From Cetorhinus maximus (taxonomy: Eukaryota): a stretch of DNA of 64,000 nt. The position numbers and the translations under genes were made by a program. The stretch spans positions 70,866,001-70,930,000 of the forward strand of contig NC_135897.1 in NCBI RefSeq assembly GCF_964194155.1, given 5' to 3'. The notes below the pieces were generated by a model. The model was not told the origin of the DNA, searched no databases, and saw only the letters and a program-made list of their open reading frames with translations. This document shows positions 51,469-62,919 of the stretch, piece by piece (position 1 is the stretch's first letter; every line of letters begins with the position of its first letter).

Positions 51469-53073
51469 GAAGATTTAAGAAGTTGGATAGCAAGGAGAAA
51501 ATGCAAAGAGCACCTCGTCCCCTATGCACCGAATTTCCGCTTTGCACCAAATTGCAAATACCCATTCTGGCTGTGCCACACTCGGGATGTGCTCACTCTC
51601 CTGTTCGTGTGTCTTGCAGAGAGATTGGAGGAGTTTGTCCCAGGCTTTTGTGATGATATCTTTGTCCATGGACAGACTGGCCACCTGCATAAAACATCAA
51701 ACGTGCTGTCAAACAAATGCATGCAGGCCCTTGCCAATGGCTTGCATACTGAATGCCACTGTAAATTGAATTCATGATGCCTTGGCCAAACAAAGTGCTC
51801 GCAAGCTCATTGCAAGCCGGAAGTGCAGCTGGAGAGCATGAGATGAATAATGGCACAAGGGAAGAAGGAAATGGAGACCAAGTCAGTACCCACAATGGTG
51901 CCTTCTGTTCCTATAGCCAAATCAGCCCCTGAACAGGTGCTGGTAGAAAAGTCCTTGGCATGGCCCTCATGAAGTCTGAACCCCAGGAGGCCAAGTGCAT
52001 CAGAGCAGGGACTGGATGATAGAGAAATTCTTCCTGAAATCATAGATGGGCAGGAAGTGTTGGTAAAGAGAAGACAAAACACACTATAGTGAAAGCATTG
52101 TTCTTTAACGCAGAATTAATGCTGTAGAAGTCACATACAAAAAGGGGCATCAGTTTCTCATTTTTAATCTCCCATTGCAGTGAGCAAATGCTACTTTGGC
52201 AGCCACTAGTAAAGCAGTCTTGTTCCAGCCTGCTGTAACCATCTGATACAACAGAGCCTCCTGAGACACGGAAGTTCTGACATGTCAATGAAGCTTACCT
52301 CTGCCTGTAAATCCTGTGATGATTATGACATCCTAGGAGCTGCACCACTTTGCTCATCCCCTCTCTCCTGTGGAGTTACAGGTCAGTAACCAGCAACTAT
52401 TGTTGGTGCAGGTTATGATGCTGCTGCTGGTCGTCTTGGTTCTCGTCTGAGGTACAAAACTTCAGAAGCACCTGTACTGATCTGAAGGATCAGAACCCCG
52501 AGCACAGACAGACCTTCAAACTTCAAGTAGAAATGACACCTTCACAGTGTGAATCAACCCTTTCACACAAGCAGGTGGGAAAACAGCTAGGAATACTGGG
52601 TAGTTGTTGGCATATTTCTGTCATGGCTACAAGCTCCTCAATCGCTGCTCTCTGCTCACTTTGCTTTCATTAATAAGCTCCAGGAAACCTAGGAAGCCAG
52701 AGCCAATGGAATCAAAGTCAAAGTCCAACTCCAAAGCCCACATTACTATCACTCTAATTGAGCAATGAATATTTTGAAATCGACAACACACCTCATGTGA
52801 GCGTTGCCAGATTCAGAGCACCGCTGCTCACCAATGTATTTCTAGAGAGCAGTCCATACCGCACCAATGCCAGAATTTTCAATTTATCACAGCATCAATC
52901 TTGTGAACTTAATGAGAACAGTGCCATCGACCTTAGAAATTGAATTTTGAGCCTTCAGAACTATTTCAACCATCCTAACTTAGATTATAAGAAAATGCAC
53001 ACAAGGCTTGCAACTTTTGCATCAGCTGACCAGAGGTTACAAAGACAACTTAATCAGGTTTTTTTTTTCAGTT

Positions 53074-53079
53074 TTTATT
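53074..53079 (-). terminator. Poly(A) signal of NCBP2
   Basis: AATAAA on the minus strand ~210 nt after the stop. Confidence 0.6.
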
Positions 53080-53288
53080 AGAATTGACAAAAACTAAAAC
53101 TTTAGAAGGAACCAAAATTGAACAAAATGATTTCACCTCAGAAATTGGGCACTTCTTTTCTGAAACTGTAAAAAGAGTTCATTGGGCCTATGAAAGAATG
53201 AACAGCTATAGGCATTAAAGTGTCAGCTGTATGCTTCAATCCCAGGCTTCTATGAAGATTCTATATCAGATGTGCAGCCATTGAAACT

Positions 53289-53387
53289 CTAGAACTTCTG
53301 CCTTGGTTCTGGGACTCTCTGCATCTGGACCAGTTTTCCAAACCCACCTCTGCCAGCGTCATAATCTGTCCTATATTCATCACGTAC
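53289..53387 (-). CDS. NCBP2: NCBP2 exon 4 coding part ([32 protein letters not shown])
   Basis: tttttttgcag| acceptor; TAG at 53291-53289. Confidence 0.95.
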   Translation of the reverse strand, partial: VRDEYRTDYDAGRGGFGKLVQMQRVPEPRQKF

Positions 53388-56300
53388 CTGCAAAAAAAAA
53401 AACAAATATATAAAGGAAATAAAACTGCATGTTGCTCACAAATACAGATGAATTCGCTCTCACATTCTCTGCCACCTATTTCTGTAAGGGCATATATTCT
53501 TGGTTAATACACTGTCTACAAGTCAAAAATCAAAATACATCTCCCTGCCCTCCACCCTATCAAAGGCCTTCTCCCTTCAACTGGCTTAAAAACTCTTACA
53601 TTTTAACCTTTCTTCAGCTCTGATGAAAGGTCATCGACCTGAAATCTTAACTCAGTTTCTCTTTCCACAGATGCTGCCTGACCTGCTGAGTTTTTCCAGA
53701 TTTTTTGTTCTTGAATCAGAATAAAACCACTTGTTCACTAAAAGCTGTTCTATGTCCCAACCAGGTAGGCAATGACAGCCCAACCAGGTAGGCAATGACA
53801 GTATTCCCTTTATTCAACTTCTCCTAGAATTTGGCTTCTATTGCTCCTGATATGGAGAACTTATTGATGGGTATAGGTATGTGATTTCCAACACACTACT
53901 GTCAACAGGATTGGACTATCCCATAATTAAACAGACTGAATACCAAATGTCAATGCTATATTCAGGGGATAACTGAAGACTTCACCACAAAAAATCCTCT
54001 TGCTGTAACAGAAATTAACTTGAAGGAGTAATTGTTACAAAAATAGTTAATACTTGGATGAAAGACAAAGGTTGAATTTCAGCAAACTGGGGATCATAAT
54101 CTTTTCATTGTCCACTTAAGAGCAGAGTTGACAATTCAGAAACCAACTAAACAAAATTTGAACTTGACGCCAGACCATTAGATACAGACACAGTTAGTGC
54201 ATCCCATAACAGACCAAATGGTTAGAAGTGTAACTGTCCCAGTGAGAAATGAAATGAATTGCCACCAATACATCTTCACTGCATTGCGCTTCCTTAAAAA
54301 ATATGTCAATAGATCTCCAAACACACATACACAAATTAACAGTTAAGATTTTGAGTTCCAATTATACTGGTGGGCTCACATGTAAATACATCACTTAAAT
54401 TTTTAAAAGGAAAACTAGAGACAAATGGCATCAGGGGCAAACCAATCTGATCTCAAGGTTCCATCCCCAGACATTTTTAGCTCTGCAAGATTCAGTGGTC
54501 CATGAGATGCTCTTTGTGTTCTAAACAGAGCAATTAAAGTTCACTTGAAATTAACAGTGTAGATAACAATAATAATTCCAGTCATGTACAATATGAAAGC
54601 ACTGCCAAACAATTCTTAAGGGTTAACAAACGAGTCCAAATCATGATTCGATTGCAGGAACTGACTATATTTTTAAAAACAATGCCCACTAGTCAATAAT
54701 GTAAGTGATGCTCCAGTTGTTATAAACATAAGTAAAACAAATGTTTTTGGGATTCACACAATGGTGATAATTGCTTTAGTGCATCACAACATCATAAATT
54801 CTCAACATATTGCTGCCTTTTAACACACATTTTATGACAAGAGTTATTCCAGTTCCATTGTAAGGAAATTGAAATTCTCACTATGAAAAATAAGTTCAAC
54901 CAGAAAAAAAATACATTTTCACTCCACTAAAACGAAGATTGTGTTGATTTTTTGTGTTTTTATTTTGATTTAATCTTAGATTTGATTGCATGCACAGTAT
55001 CATATAGAAACAACATACCTGACCACCGGATTTCCCTCGCCCAAACTGCCTGCCTTCTCTGAAGCCAGTATCCCAATCTGTTCTGATGATCCGATCATCC
55101 AAGCGTGTTCCATTAATAAATCTCATGCATTGTTCAGCATCACTACGTGTGTAATATCTAATTAAATCATTAAGGATAAGTCACTACACAAACAAGTACT
55201 GATGCATAAAGATAGGGATTCATCAGCAATTAACCTTTCCTTATGTTTTTGAATGAAATTTCCATGTATCTAGATGAGGCATATCAATATAGGAATGGAA
55301 TACTTCCATGCTCTTTACACATGGTTCCCATGTTATACACATAGGTCTGGGATAATGCAGGCACACGTGCGAAATAAAGCTCCCCTTTTAGGTGCCTCCT
55401 ACAAAGACAAAACTGAAAAACTGCTTCCAGGCTTATGCCAATGCCACTCTAAATAAGCCTTGAGATGTCCAAGGGTGCGGGATGTTCCCAGAAAACGTAG
55501 TCCAATATAGAAAACTGACTGGCACTCACTAAAGTTAAAAACAGTATTAGAAAAAAATAGCACTAATGACTGACAAACGGCCAGGGCCTGATGGTTTTCA
55601 CACCAGGGTTTTAAAGGAAGTGGGTGAGGAAACAGCAGATGACCTAGCCATAATCTTACAAAACTCTCTCAATTCAGGAATTCTCCCTTTCAGATAGAAA
55701 AATTGTAAGTTATTTAAGAAAGGTGAGCATGAGAAACCAGGAAATGATAGTCTAACATCTGTTGCGGGAATATTTATTTAAATCTTTAATTAAGGAGAGA
55801 GTGACTGAACACTGAGAAATTTGACCTGTTAGAGAGAGGCAACATGGATTTCTAAAGTCTAGCTTATGTCAAATGAACCTCATCAAATTTTTTGAGGAAA
55901 CAACTAAAGCTATAGACAGGGGAATGTTGATAGATGTAGTTTCATAGACTTCTAGAAGGCATTTATTAAGATTTCACATGAAAGACTGTTAGCAAATATT
56001 AAAACTCGTGGATATGGAGGTAAATTATAGACTTGTTCAAGAGATTGATTAGACAGTAGAAGACAAGAGTACAGATAATAAGTATGAACTCAAATTGGAA
56101 GGAAGTGACTAGTGGTACCTCACAAGGATCTGTCCTGGGGCATCAACTATTCACAAGGGTAATATAATCCAAAGTCTGCTGATGACAAATATTGGTGACG
56201 TAGTCAGTAGTGTAGACAGGAGCCTAAAACAACAAAGAGACATTGATAAATTGAGTGGACAAAGCTGTGATGGATTTCAACACAAATAAGTGTGAGGGGT

Positions 56301-59300
56301 CACCCATTTTGGACCAAAAAAAGATAGATTTGTGTTCATTTTATATAAATGTTGAAAAGCTAGGAAGAGTGGAAGTCCAAAGGAATCTAGGGGTCCACAT
56401 GCACAGAAAATGTCACTAAAATGTAATGGATAGGTACAAAAAAAGTCAAAAAGGACTGTAGAATGTTTAGAACTAGATGGCTAGAATATAAAGTGGAAAT
56501 TTTACTGCAGCTACACAAAGCCTTGGTTAGACCATATCTGGAGTAATTTTGGACGTTACAGCTTTGAAAGTTTATAATGGCTTTGCAAAAAATGATGTGT
56601 AGAGTTACCAGAATGTTAACAGGGCTCCAAGAATTAGATTCCAAGAAACAATTACATAAACTAGGTATATATTTCCTGGAATAGGTTAAAGGGTGATTTG
56701 ATTGAGCTTTTTAGGATTTTGAAAGTAATTGATAGGGTAGATAAAGAGAAACTTTTTTCCTGGTGGGGAAGATTAGGACAAGGGGATATAACCTTAAAAA
56801 TGAGGGCTGGGCCATTCAGGTGAGAAGTTGGGAAACACTTCTCTATGCAAAAGGTGATAGGAGTGTGGAACTGTCTTACAAAAAGCAGTAGATGCTAACT
56901 TAATTAATAATTTTAAACCTGCGATCGCTAGATGTTTGCTAGCCGAAGGTATTAAGGAGTCAAGGCGGATGAATGGAATCAGGATAAAGATCAGCCATGA
57001 AGACACTAAATGGCAGAAAAGGCACTTTTCTGAAAAGGGGCTTCCTATCCTTCTTTCAGATGAGACCTTAAACCAAAGTCTGCCTTCTTGGTGGAAGTAA
57101 AAGATCCCATGGCACATATTGAAGGGTAGGGGAGTTATCGCTAATGCCCTGGCCAACTTTTATCCCTTAGTTAACACTATAAAACCAGATTATCTGATCA
57201 TTATCCCAATGCTGGTACTGAGAGTTTGCTGTGTGCAAACTGCTGCCGCATTTCCTACATTACAACAGTGGCTACACTTCAAAAGTACTTCATTGCCTGT
57301 AAAGCATTTTGGGATGTCTTGTGATCATGAAAGGCACCAAAGAAATCCTTTTTTTAGGCCAAAAACCCTTTATACCAGTATTCTATGGTTTATATGTCCA
57401 ACTGAACCAACTGTTATTTAAAAAAAAACTTAATCTTAGCACAGGAGAGTATAAAAACTTGACTTAGTCGCACATAAAAGATACTCCACAAAACAGAATC
57501 CACATGAAGTTTTCTTGATTTTGTCCAAACCCATGATGATTCTCTTAACGTCACCACTTTTCGAGAAGAGTTCATAGATCTGTTCCTCAGTAGTGTAAAA
57601 CGACAGATTCCCAACATAGAGCGTGCAGCTATATCTCAGCAATTTGTCCTGCTCATATCGGCTTCCCTTAAGAACAAAGATCTATATTTAAAGTCAGGAT
57701 AAAAAAAAAAATACATTCTGTATAGTAGCACAACCCTGCAATCTAATGAACAATATTAAGGGAGAAATTGAACATTGTACCTAATTTTTAGGGGATGAAT
57801 TTCAGCTCACAAACTCCCAAGCCCGAAGTATGCCAGACGCCAAAATGGAATCTGGTGACTTCTAGGTGCTCTCTTGAAATAGATGTTAAGTACCTTGCAT
57901 TGACAAATTGTGATTTAAATCATGCCAATGATTTCAAGCACATGTTTAGACCTGTCATATCAGAAGCCAACATACATTGAATTTTCCCTCCATTATCTGC
58001 TAATTCTGTCATCAAGTTCTTAAATCCAACTTATGGCTAGTAACATGCAGTGGAGTGTAACAACCAGGCTTAATGATGGCAGTCTCACTTGAGTTTGTTA
58101 TTCACATGTTCAAACTCCATATCAAGCAGTTGAGAACATAAGTTGACAATTCAACCAGTACTGAGGGAGTGCTGCATTGCTGGACATGTCATCTTATAGA
58201 TAAGACCCTAAACTGAACCCAGCTGCTCAGATGAACAATAAAGATGCCTTGGCACGATCTGAAAAGGAACAGTGGAGCTATGCCTCAATCATCACCTTTA
58301 AAATTAATTAACTTTAACTAATTAAAATTAATCATTTATCTCCTTGCTTTTTGTGGGATTTTACTAATGTATGCTCCCCTACAAAACTGCACTTCAAAAG
58401 TAATTAAGTGGCTGACGATAGTAATATCACATTAGAAGTGGACCATTCAGGCTCTTGGGCTGTTGCATAATTTTATTGAATCATAGCTGATCTGTTTTTC
58501 AACTCAATTGATCAACTTCCCTGGATACACTTACATGATAAATATCCCTAGCACTCAGTCTTGGACATTTTAATTGTCCCAGCACTCAGTCTTTTAAGGG
58601 GAGCGTTTCAGATTTCCACCAACCTTTGTGAAAAGCACTTGATTTCAGTCCTGAATGACCTAGCTCGAAATTTAAGATTTTGCCCCTTGTCCTGGTTTTT
58701 TCTCAGTGGAAATAGATCTTTGCATCAACCCTATCAAATCCCTTTACACTTTTATACCTGAAATAGATCTTCTCTCAACCTTCTGAACTCAAAGGAATAC
58801 AAGCCAGTTCTTATGCAACCAGCCCTCATAATTTAACCCTTTTAGTCCCAGTATTTGAATTTGCACTGTTCCCCCACCAAGATCAATATATCCTTCCTCA
58901 GTTGGAGTACCATAAGCTGAATACAACACTCCAGATATCATCTGACCAAGGCTCTGCACAACAAAAGCACAACTTCTGCTCCTTCCAATCCCCTTTGAGA
59001 TAAAGACCAACATTACATCAATGATTTGACTGCTTTTTGTTACCTGTACACAGACATCCAAATCCCTTTGCTCCTCTACAGTCCATGCTTTCTTACCATT
59101 AAGAAAATATTCTTACTTGCCTTTCTCAGATCTAAATCCATTGAGTCATAGTCAGAGTTATACAGCACAGAAACAGGCCCTTCGACCCATCGTAATCCAA
59201 CCTCACACTTGCCCAGATTGAACTACATCCGCTAATTTTCGCCACTCGCTTAAGCTAAATTCCTTCGTAATTTTCTGCCGCTTTTGCAAACTTATATTAT

Positions 59301-59682
59301 GAGGCACAGTAAGTGTCAAACACAAACTCTGTTCCTTGATCCAAGCCGTGCTGAGGATGTAAAAGGCAACTAATTCATTGCCACATGGAAATCATTTTTT
59401 TTTTCAGAAAATGGAACTGAATTATCTGGGAGTCTAGAGCCAGGAGGGAAGAGAGCCCAGGCCAGGGGTCCAAAGATATACCCTGGCACTAGTGCAGTTC
59501 ACTGTCTAGTTACTAGCTGATAATGATTGGACAGGCACAGCCGGAGCAGGCTGGCTGGTTAGCAGTCAGTTATCAATGACTTTCTGTAGGTTACATGCAC
59601 ACGTTACCCGAAAGTGCTGGTCCCGGTACTGACTCAGCTCCACATGGGAGTCACTGTTGAGGGCGTTCAGCACGACAGACAT
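53289..59682 (-). CDS. NCBP2: Nuclear cap-binding protein subunit 2 (CBP20), complement(join(53289-53387,55019-55157,57485-57666,59608-59682)); 495 nt, 164 aa
   Basis: Translation [64 protein letters not shown]...CGFCFVEYY...[15 protein letters not shown]...GGQVRDEYR is unmistakably CBP20. Both cap-stacking tyrosines (SQY, LYV) are retained and phases are consistent. Confidence 0.97.
53530..53720 (+). mobile_element. Penelope terminal-repeat remnant with hammerhead core, NCBP2 intron 3
   Basis: AGCT-CTGATGA-A-AGGTC(atc)GACCT-GAAA-TCTT-AACT (53616-53652), followed by CAGATGCTGCCTGACCTGCTGAG. Confidence 0.7.
53756..53801. repeat. Perfect 23-bp tandem duplication CCCAACCAGGTAGGCAATGACAG
   Basis: Directly visible, two copies. 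Confidence 0.9.
55019..55157 (-). CDS. NCBP2: NCBP2 exon 3
   Basis: Acceptor tccttaatgatttaattag|; donor CAG|GTATGT. Confidence 0.95.
55560..57020 (+). mobile_element. Degraded CR1 RT/3' region inside the NCBP2 U12 intron
   Basis: GPDGF.PRVLKEV, QHGF, PQGSVLG, LVRPYLE remnants and a CR1 tail. Confidence 0.8.
57050..57352 (+). mobile_element. SacSINE1/Deu-type SINE body and tail
   Basis: CTTTCAGATGAGACCTTAAACC..AAAAGATCCCATGGCAC..TTTCCTACATTACAACAGTG..AAAGTACTTCATTG. Confidence 0.75.
57485..57666 (-). CDS. NCBP2: NCBP2 exon 2 (RRM RNP2/RNP1)
   Basis: ttcttaag| acceptor; ends GA|GTATCTTTT (U12-like donor). Confidence 0.95.
58430..59240 (-). mobile_element. Degraded CR1 3' fragment in NCBP2 intron 1
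   Basis: Similar to the other CR1 3' ends in this window ([10 protein letters not shown], tail sequence). Confidence 0.65.
59608..59682 (-). CDS. NCBP2: NCBP2 exon 1 coding part
   Basis: ATG at 59682-59680; donor CGG|GTAACG. Confidence 0.93.
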
Positions 59683-60154
59683 GTCGCCGGAGAGAGAAGA
59701 AAAAGCGGCTCCCGCCGAACGAGCTTGGATATTGGAGCAAGGAAATAGCCAGCACGTGACAGGAAACCGTTCCCCCCCCCCCCCCCCCCCGTTAAACCCG
59801 TCCGTGCGGCCGCCGAGTCCGTGCTGATGGTTCCCGGGATTTCCTGACTGGAAGGCGGGAATTAACGCCCCACTTGAGAATCAGAGAAAATGTCATGATT
59901 CGTGTTTGTGGAATTTTTGTTGTAATAGCAAAAAAAAAATAAAACCCAGAAAAAGACGGAAACAGAGTATGATTTCTCCTCTCCGCGGGACTGTAAAAAT
60001 GACGGGGCGGTGCTGCCGATCGCCGAGCTGGTCGGACCGTTTCCATGGCGATCGGGGCGGGAAGGAGATGGGGATGAAATGGATGGTGAGGGCGGGAGGG
60101 TGAAGGAGGCGGAAAGTGAGCGTGAGCTTGAGGGTGGCTGGCTGGCCGGTCGCC
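59683..60154. promoter_or_regulatory. Bidirectional CpG-rich promoter/5'UTR region between NCBP2 and NCBP2AS2
   Basis: Divergent ATGs ~470 bp apart; CACGTGAC 59753-59760; C19 tract 59772-59790; E2F-like GGCGGGAA 59854-59861. Confidence 0.8.
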
Positions 60155-60463
60155 ATGGTGCTGGGGAAGCTGCTGCAGTCGGTGCTGAACAACGCGCGGC
60201 TGATCGAGAAGCTGTCGGAGACCCCGCCGATTCGGCGGGCGGCCCAGATCACGGTGTATTTGATCAGCCGGCTGGAGCTGGGCGGCCGGGATGCGGCCCA
60301 GCGGCTGAGTCAGTCCAGCGCCGCCCGGAAGCTCCGCGAGCGGACGGACATTCCCCGCAAGCTGGGCGAGCTGAGCAAGAGAGCGGCCCAGCTGAGAGAC
60401 ACCTGGGCGAAGGAGCTGAGGGAGGGCATGAAGGAGACTTCGGGGCAGAAGAAACAGAAATAA
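60155..60463 (+). CDS. NCBP2AS2: NCBP2AS2 (HIAR/KRASIM) small protein, single coding exon, 102 aa
   Basis: Kozak gccATGg. MVLGKLLQSVLNNARLIEKLSETPPIRRAAQITV resembles recalled human [34 protein letters not shown]. Head-to-head with NCBP2. Confidence 0.92.
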   Translation: MVLGKLLQSVLNNARLIEKLSETPPIRRAAQITVYLISRLELGGRDAAQRLSQSSAARKLRERTDIPRKLGELSKRAAQLRDTWAKELREGMKETSGQKKQK

Positions 60464-60993
60464 GGAATCCTCCCCCCCCCCGGGTCAGGAGCTGGAGTTT
60501 CCCCGGGAATTCGACACCCAACACCCGCTGCCAAGACTGGAGCAGTGCGCACATTTTGAAAAGTTATCCTATTTCGGAAGCATAGCAATCCTGCGGAGAC
60601 CCAAACTGAAATTTGGATGAATCCCCTTCAGACTTCATGGTACTTGGATTCGAATGCAGCAGCTCACGAGTTTGAAATTCTTTGGGATTTATGTAAATGT
60701 ATTGTCATGGGGGAAAAAGATCAGGATCATGATTGCCTTTGGACAGATTGTCAAATGAAACCTATGTTAGCCTTCCTAACCGTTTTGCTGTAATTGTCTA
60801 AGATTCATTTTAAAAACGTGAAACATCATTAATGACAATGTACACCAATAATTCGTCAGATAAGACGTGATGGGTCAAAGAAAAAACGTCTCATTTGCCT
60901 TGTTGCATGGACAAATTGTTAAAGCAAATACGTTTTCTTTTACAAAATGGAAAACTTGCACAGTACATCTATTTATGTTTAAATATATTTTAA

Positions 60994-60999
60994 AATAAA
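60994..60999 (+). terminator. Candidate poly(A) signal of NCBP2AS2
   Basis: AATAAA ~530 nt after the stop, following an AT-rich UTR. Confidence 0.5.
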
Positions 61000-62919
61000 A
61001 TGCAATGTTGTTCAGGAAAATAGCCACACGGTAAGACACTAATTTGGGAAAATTGTAGGCCTTTTAATCCAAGAACAAGGCTTTTTAGTGAGAAATTGAG
61101 GTGAAGGAATAAAATCTGTAGTTTTGTTTTTGTTTGAACAGCTTGCATCTTTTGTTAAAAGTCAGAAGGCCCTTCATGGGAGTGTTATCAGACATAACTT
61201 GAGACTGAGCCACATAAAGAAATATTAGGACAGGTAATCAAAAGTTTGGCTAAAGAGGTAGATTTTAAAGAGTGGCTCTTGAAGAATGTGAAAGGTTTAG
61301 GGGAGGAAATTCCAGAGCTTAAACCCTATACAGCTGAAGTTATAGGTGAGAATGTAGTTCAGGAGTGCCATCATGTGGTGGAATCATTTTTTCTTCCATT
61401 AATCTCAGCAGAGGAGCACTGCTGCAGGGTGTGGAAGCAGTTGCTCAGGAGGAAAGTTCTGGTCAGACTGAGATATGGTTCAACACGTGAGTTGGGCACT
61501 CAAAACTCAGTTGGAAATGTATGAGCAGCTGAACAGAGTGGAAAAGTAAAGCTGTGATCAGAGGATCACATCTCACTTCTTCTGTATGTCGATTGCTGAT
61601 GGGCCTTCTACCCTTCCACCAACACTTCAAACAGAGGGAAGGGGGACTGGACATTAAACCCAAGCAAGAGATGCAGCCAATTTGGGATATTTACTCATTT
61701 GTCTACTGCGCATACAATAACCACTGATAATAAGTTCCTCATGTGTCCCAAATTTACACATTTCACTGCACTAGTTTTTATTATTCCCAAATTCAGAATC
61801 TGAATTCAGATTCTCAAACTGCCATAATAGGATTTGGATTATTAGTTCAGTAACATTATGGGACGTGGTAGTGATTTGGTTAGTACTAAAATTCAAGATT
61901 TTAGGAATTATGTAACTGTTAAAAATGTATGTAACAAGAGAAAAACTAATATAACAGTCTGTAGTATATCAAAAATATCAACACATCAGTGATAGTACTG
62001 GAATATTATGTATCACATTAGAATTCCACAATGAATTAACTTTGGGTGCAAGTGACTGTTGTTGGGGACTAACAAATGGACAGTATTTTTGTGATATTTA
62101 TTGAGGGCCAACAAACTGTAAGAACTTGCTGTTCTTTGAAACGTGTCATGGGATCTTTATCACCTACCTGAACATTAACATCTCATCTGAAATATGGCAT
62201 TGTGGATTCCAGAAGTCAATTATCCTGGCATGCAGCAACAGTGTTTGGGGTAGGCCAATTGACCAGAACCGATGTGGGACGGCACTTAACCGGCTTAAAA
62301 TTAGGAGACTGGATCAGGAAAAAAATTGTAGGATTTTGACTCAAGTTGTTTGACCACTGAACTAAGCCTAAAATTATAGTAAAATGACAACAGTGGCTGA
62401 GCAGGTCCCTGAACCCACAGCTAAATTTAACATCTATAATTTCCATCCCTCTCTTGGCAACCCTGGGAAATCCCTACTTCAGATTTTATTGCTAATTAAC
62501 AAGAGATAACTTTAACTTAAATACTATGAAATTATAGTATTCACTAGTTGTCATATGATAGTACTTATACTGAACTACATTTCCAACCCTGCTTGTGATA
62601 TGCCTTGCTTAGAAGTGGCTGAGCAGTGACATGGTGGGAAAATGTGACCTGCGCCTTCAGTGACCAAATGTTTTGTTGACCCCAAACGATCAAAAGGCAA
62701 ACTTAAGCAGAAATTTATGGAGTATGAAAATCAACAGCTTATGTTTGTGAGACTCAAAAGATTACACCATGATAGAATTTCAGGGACCCAGATAAAGGGT
62801 TCGAGAAAACAAGTTCCTTTAATCCCAGACAAGATGCCTGGGTACCAAGGTCACCATGTTTTACTTGCTTAGGCCAGGCTATTGAAATATCAATGTGCTG
62901 TTTGTAAGATTCCAAGAAT

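Larger units (their letters stand above)
55158..57484 (-). other. U12-type (minor spliceosome) GT-AG intron 2 of NCBP2
   Basis: 5'SS GTATCTTTT; branch site TCCTTAAT at 55176-55169, ~10 nt from the AG; no polypyrimidine tract. Confidence 0.9.

Noticed and set aside
60010-60585. 191-aa ORF overlapping NCBP2AS2 in another frame
   Set aside because: GTG start and a shadow of GC-rich codon usage. The 60155 frame has the Kozak ATG and the homology.
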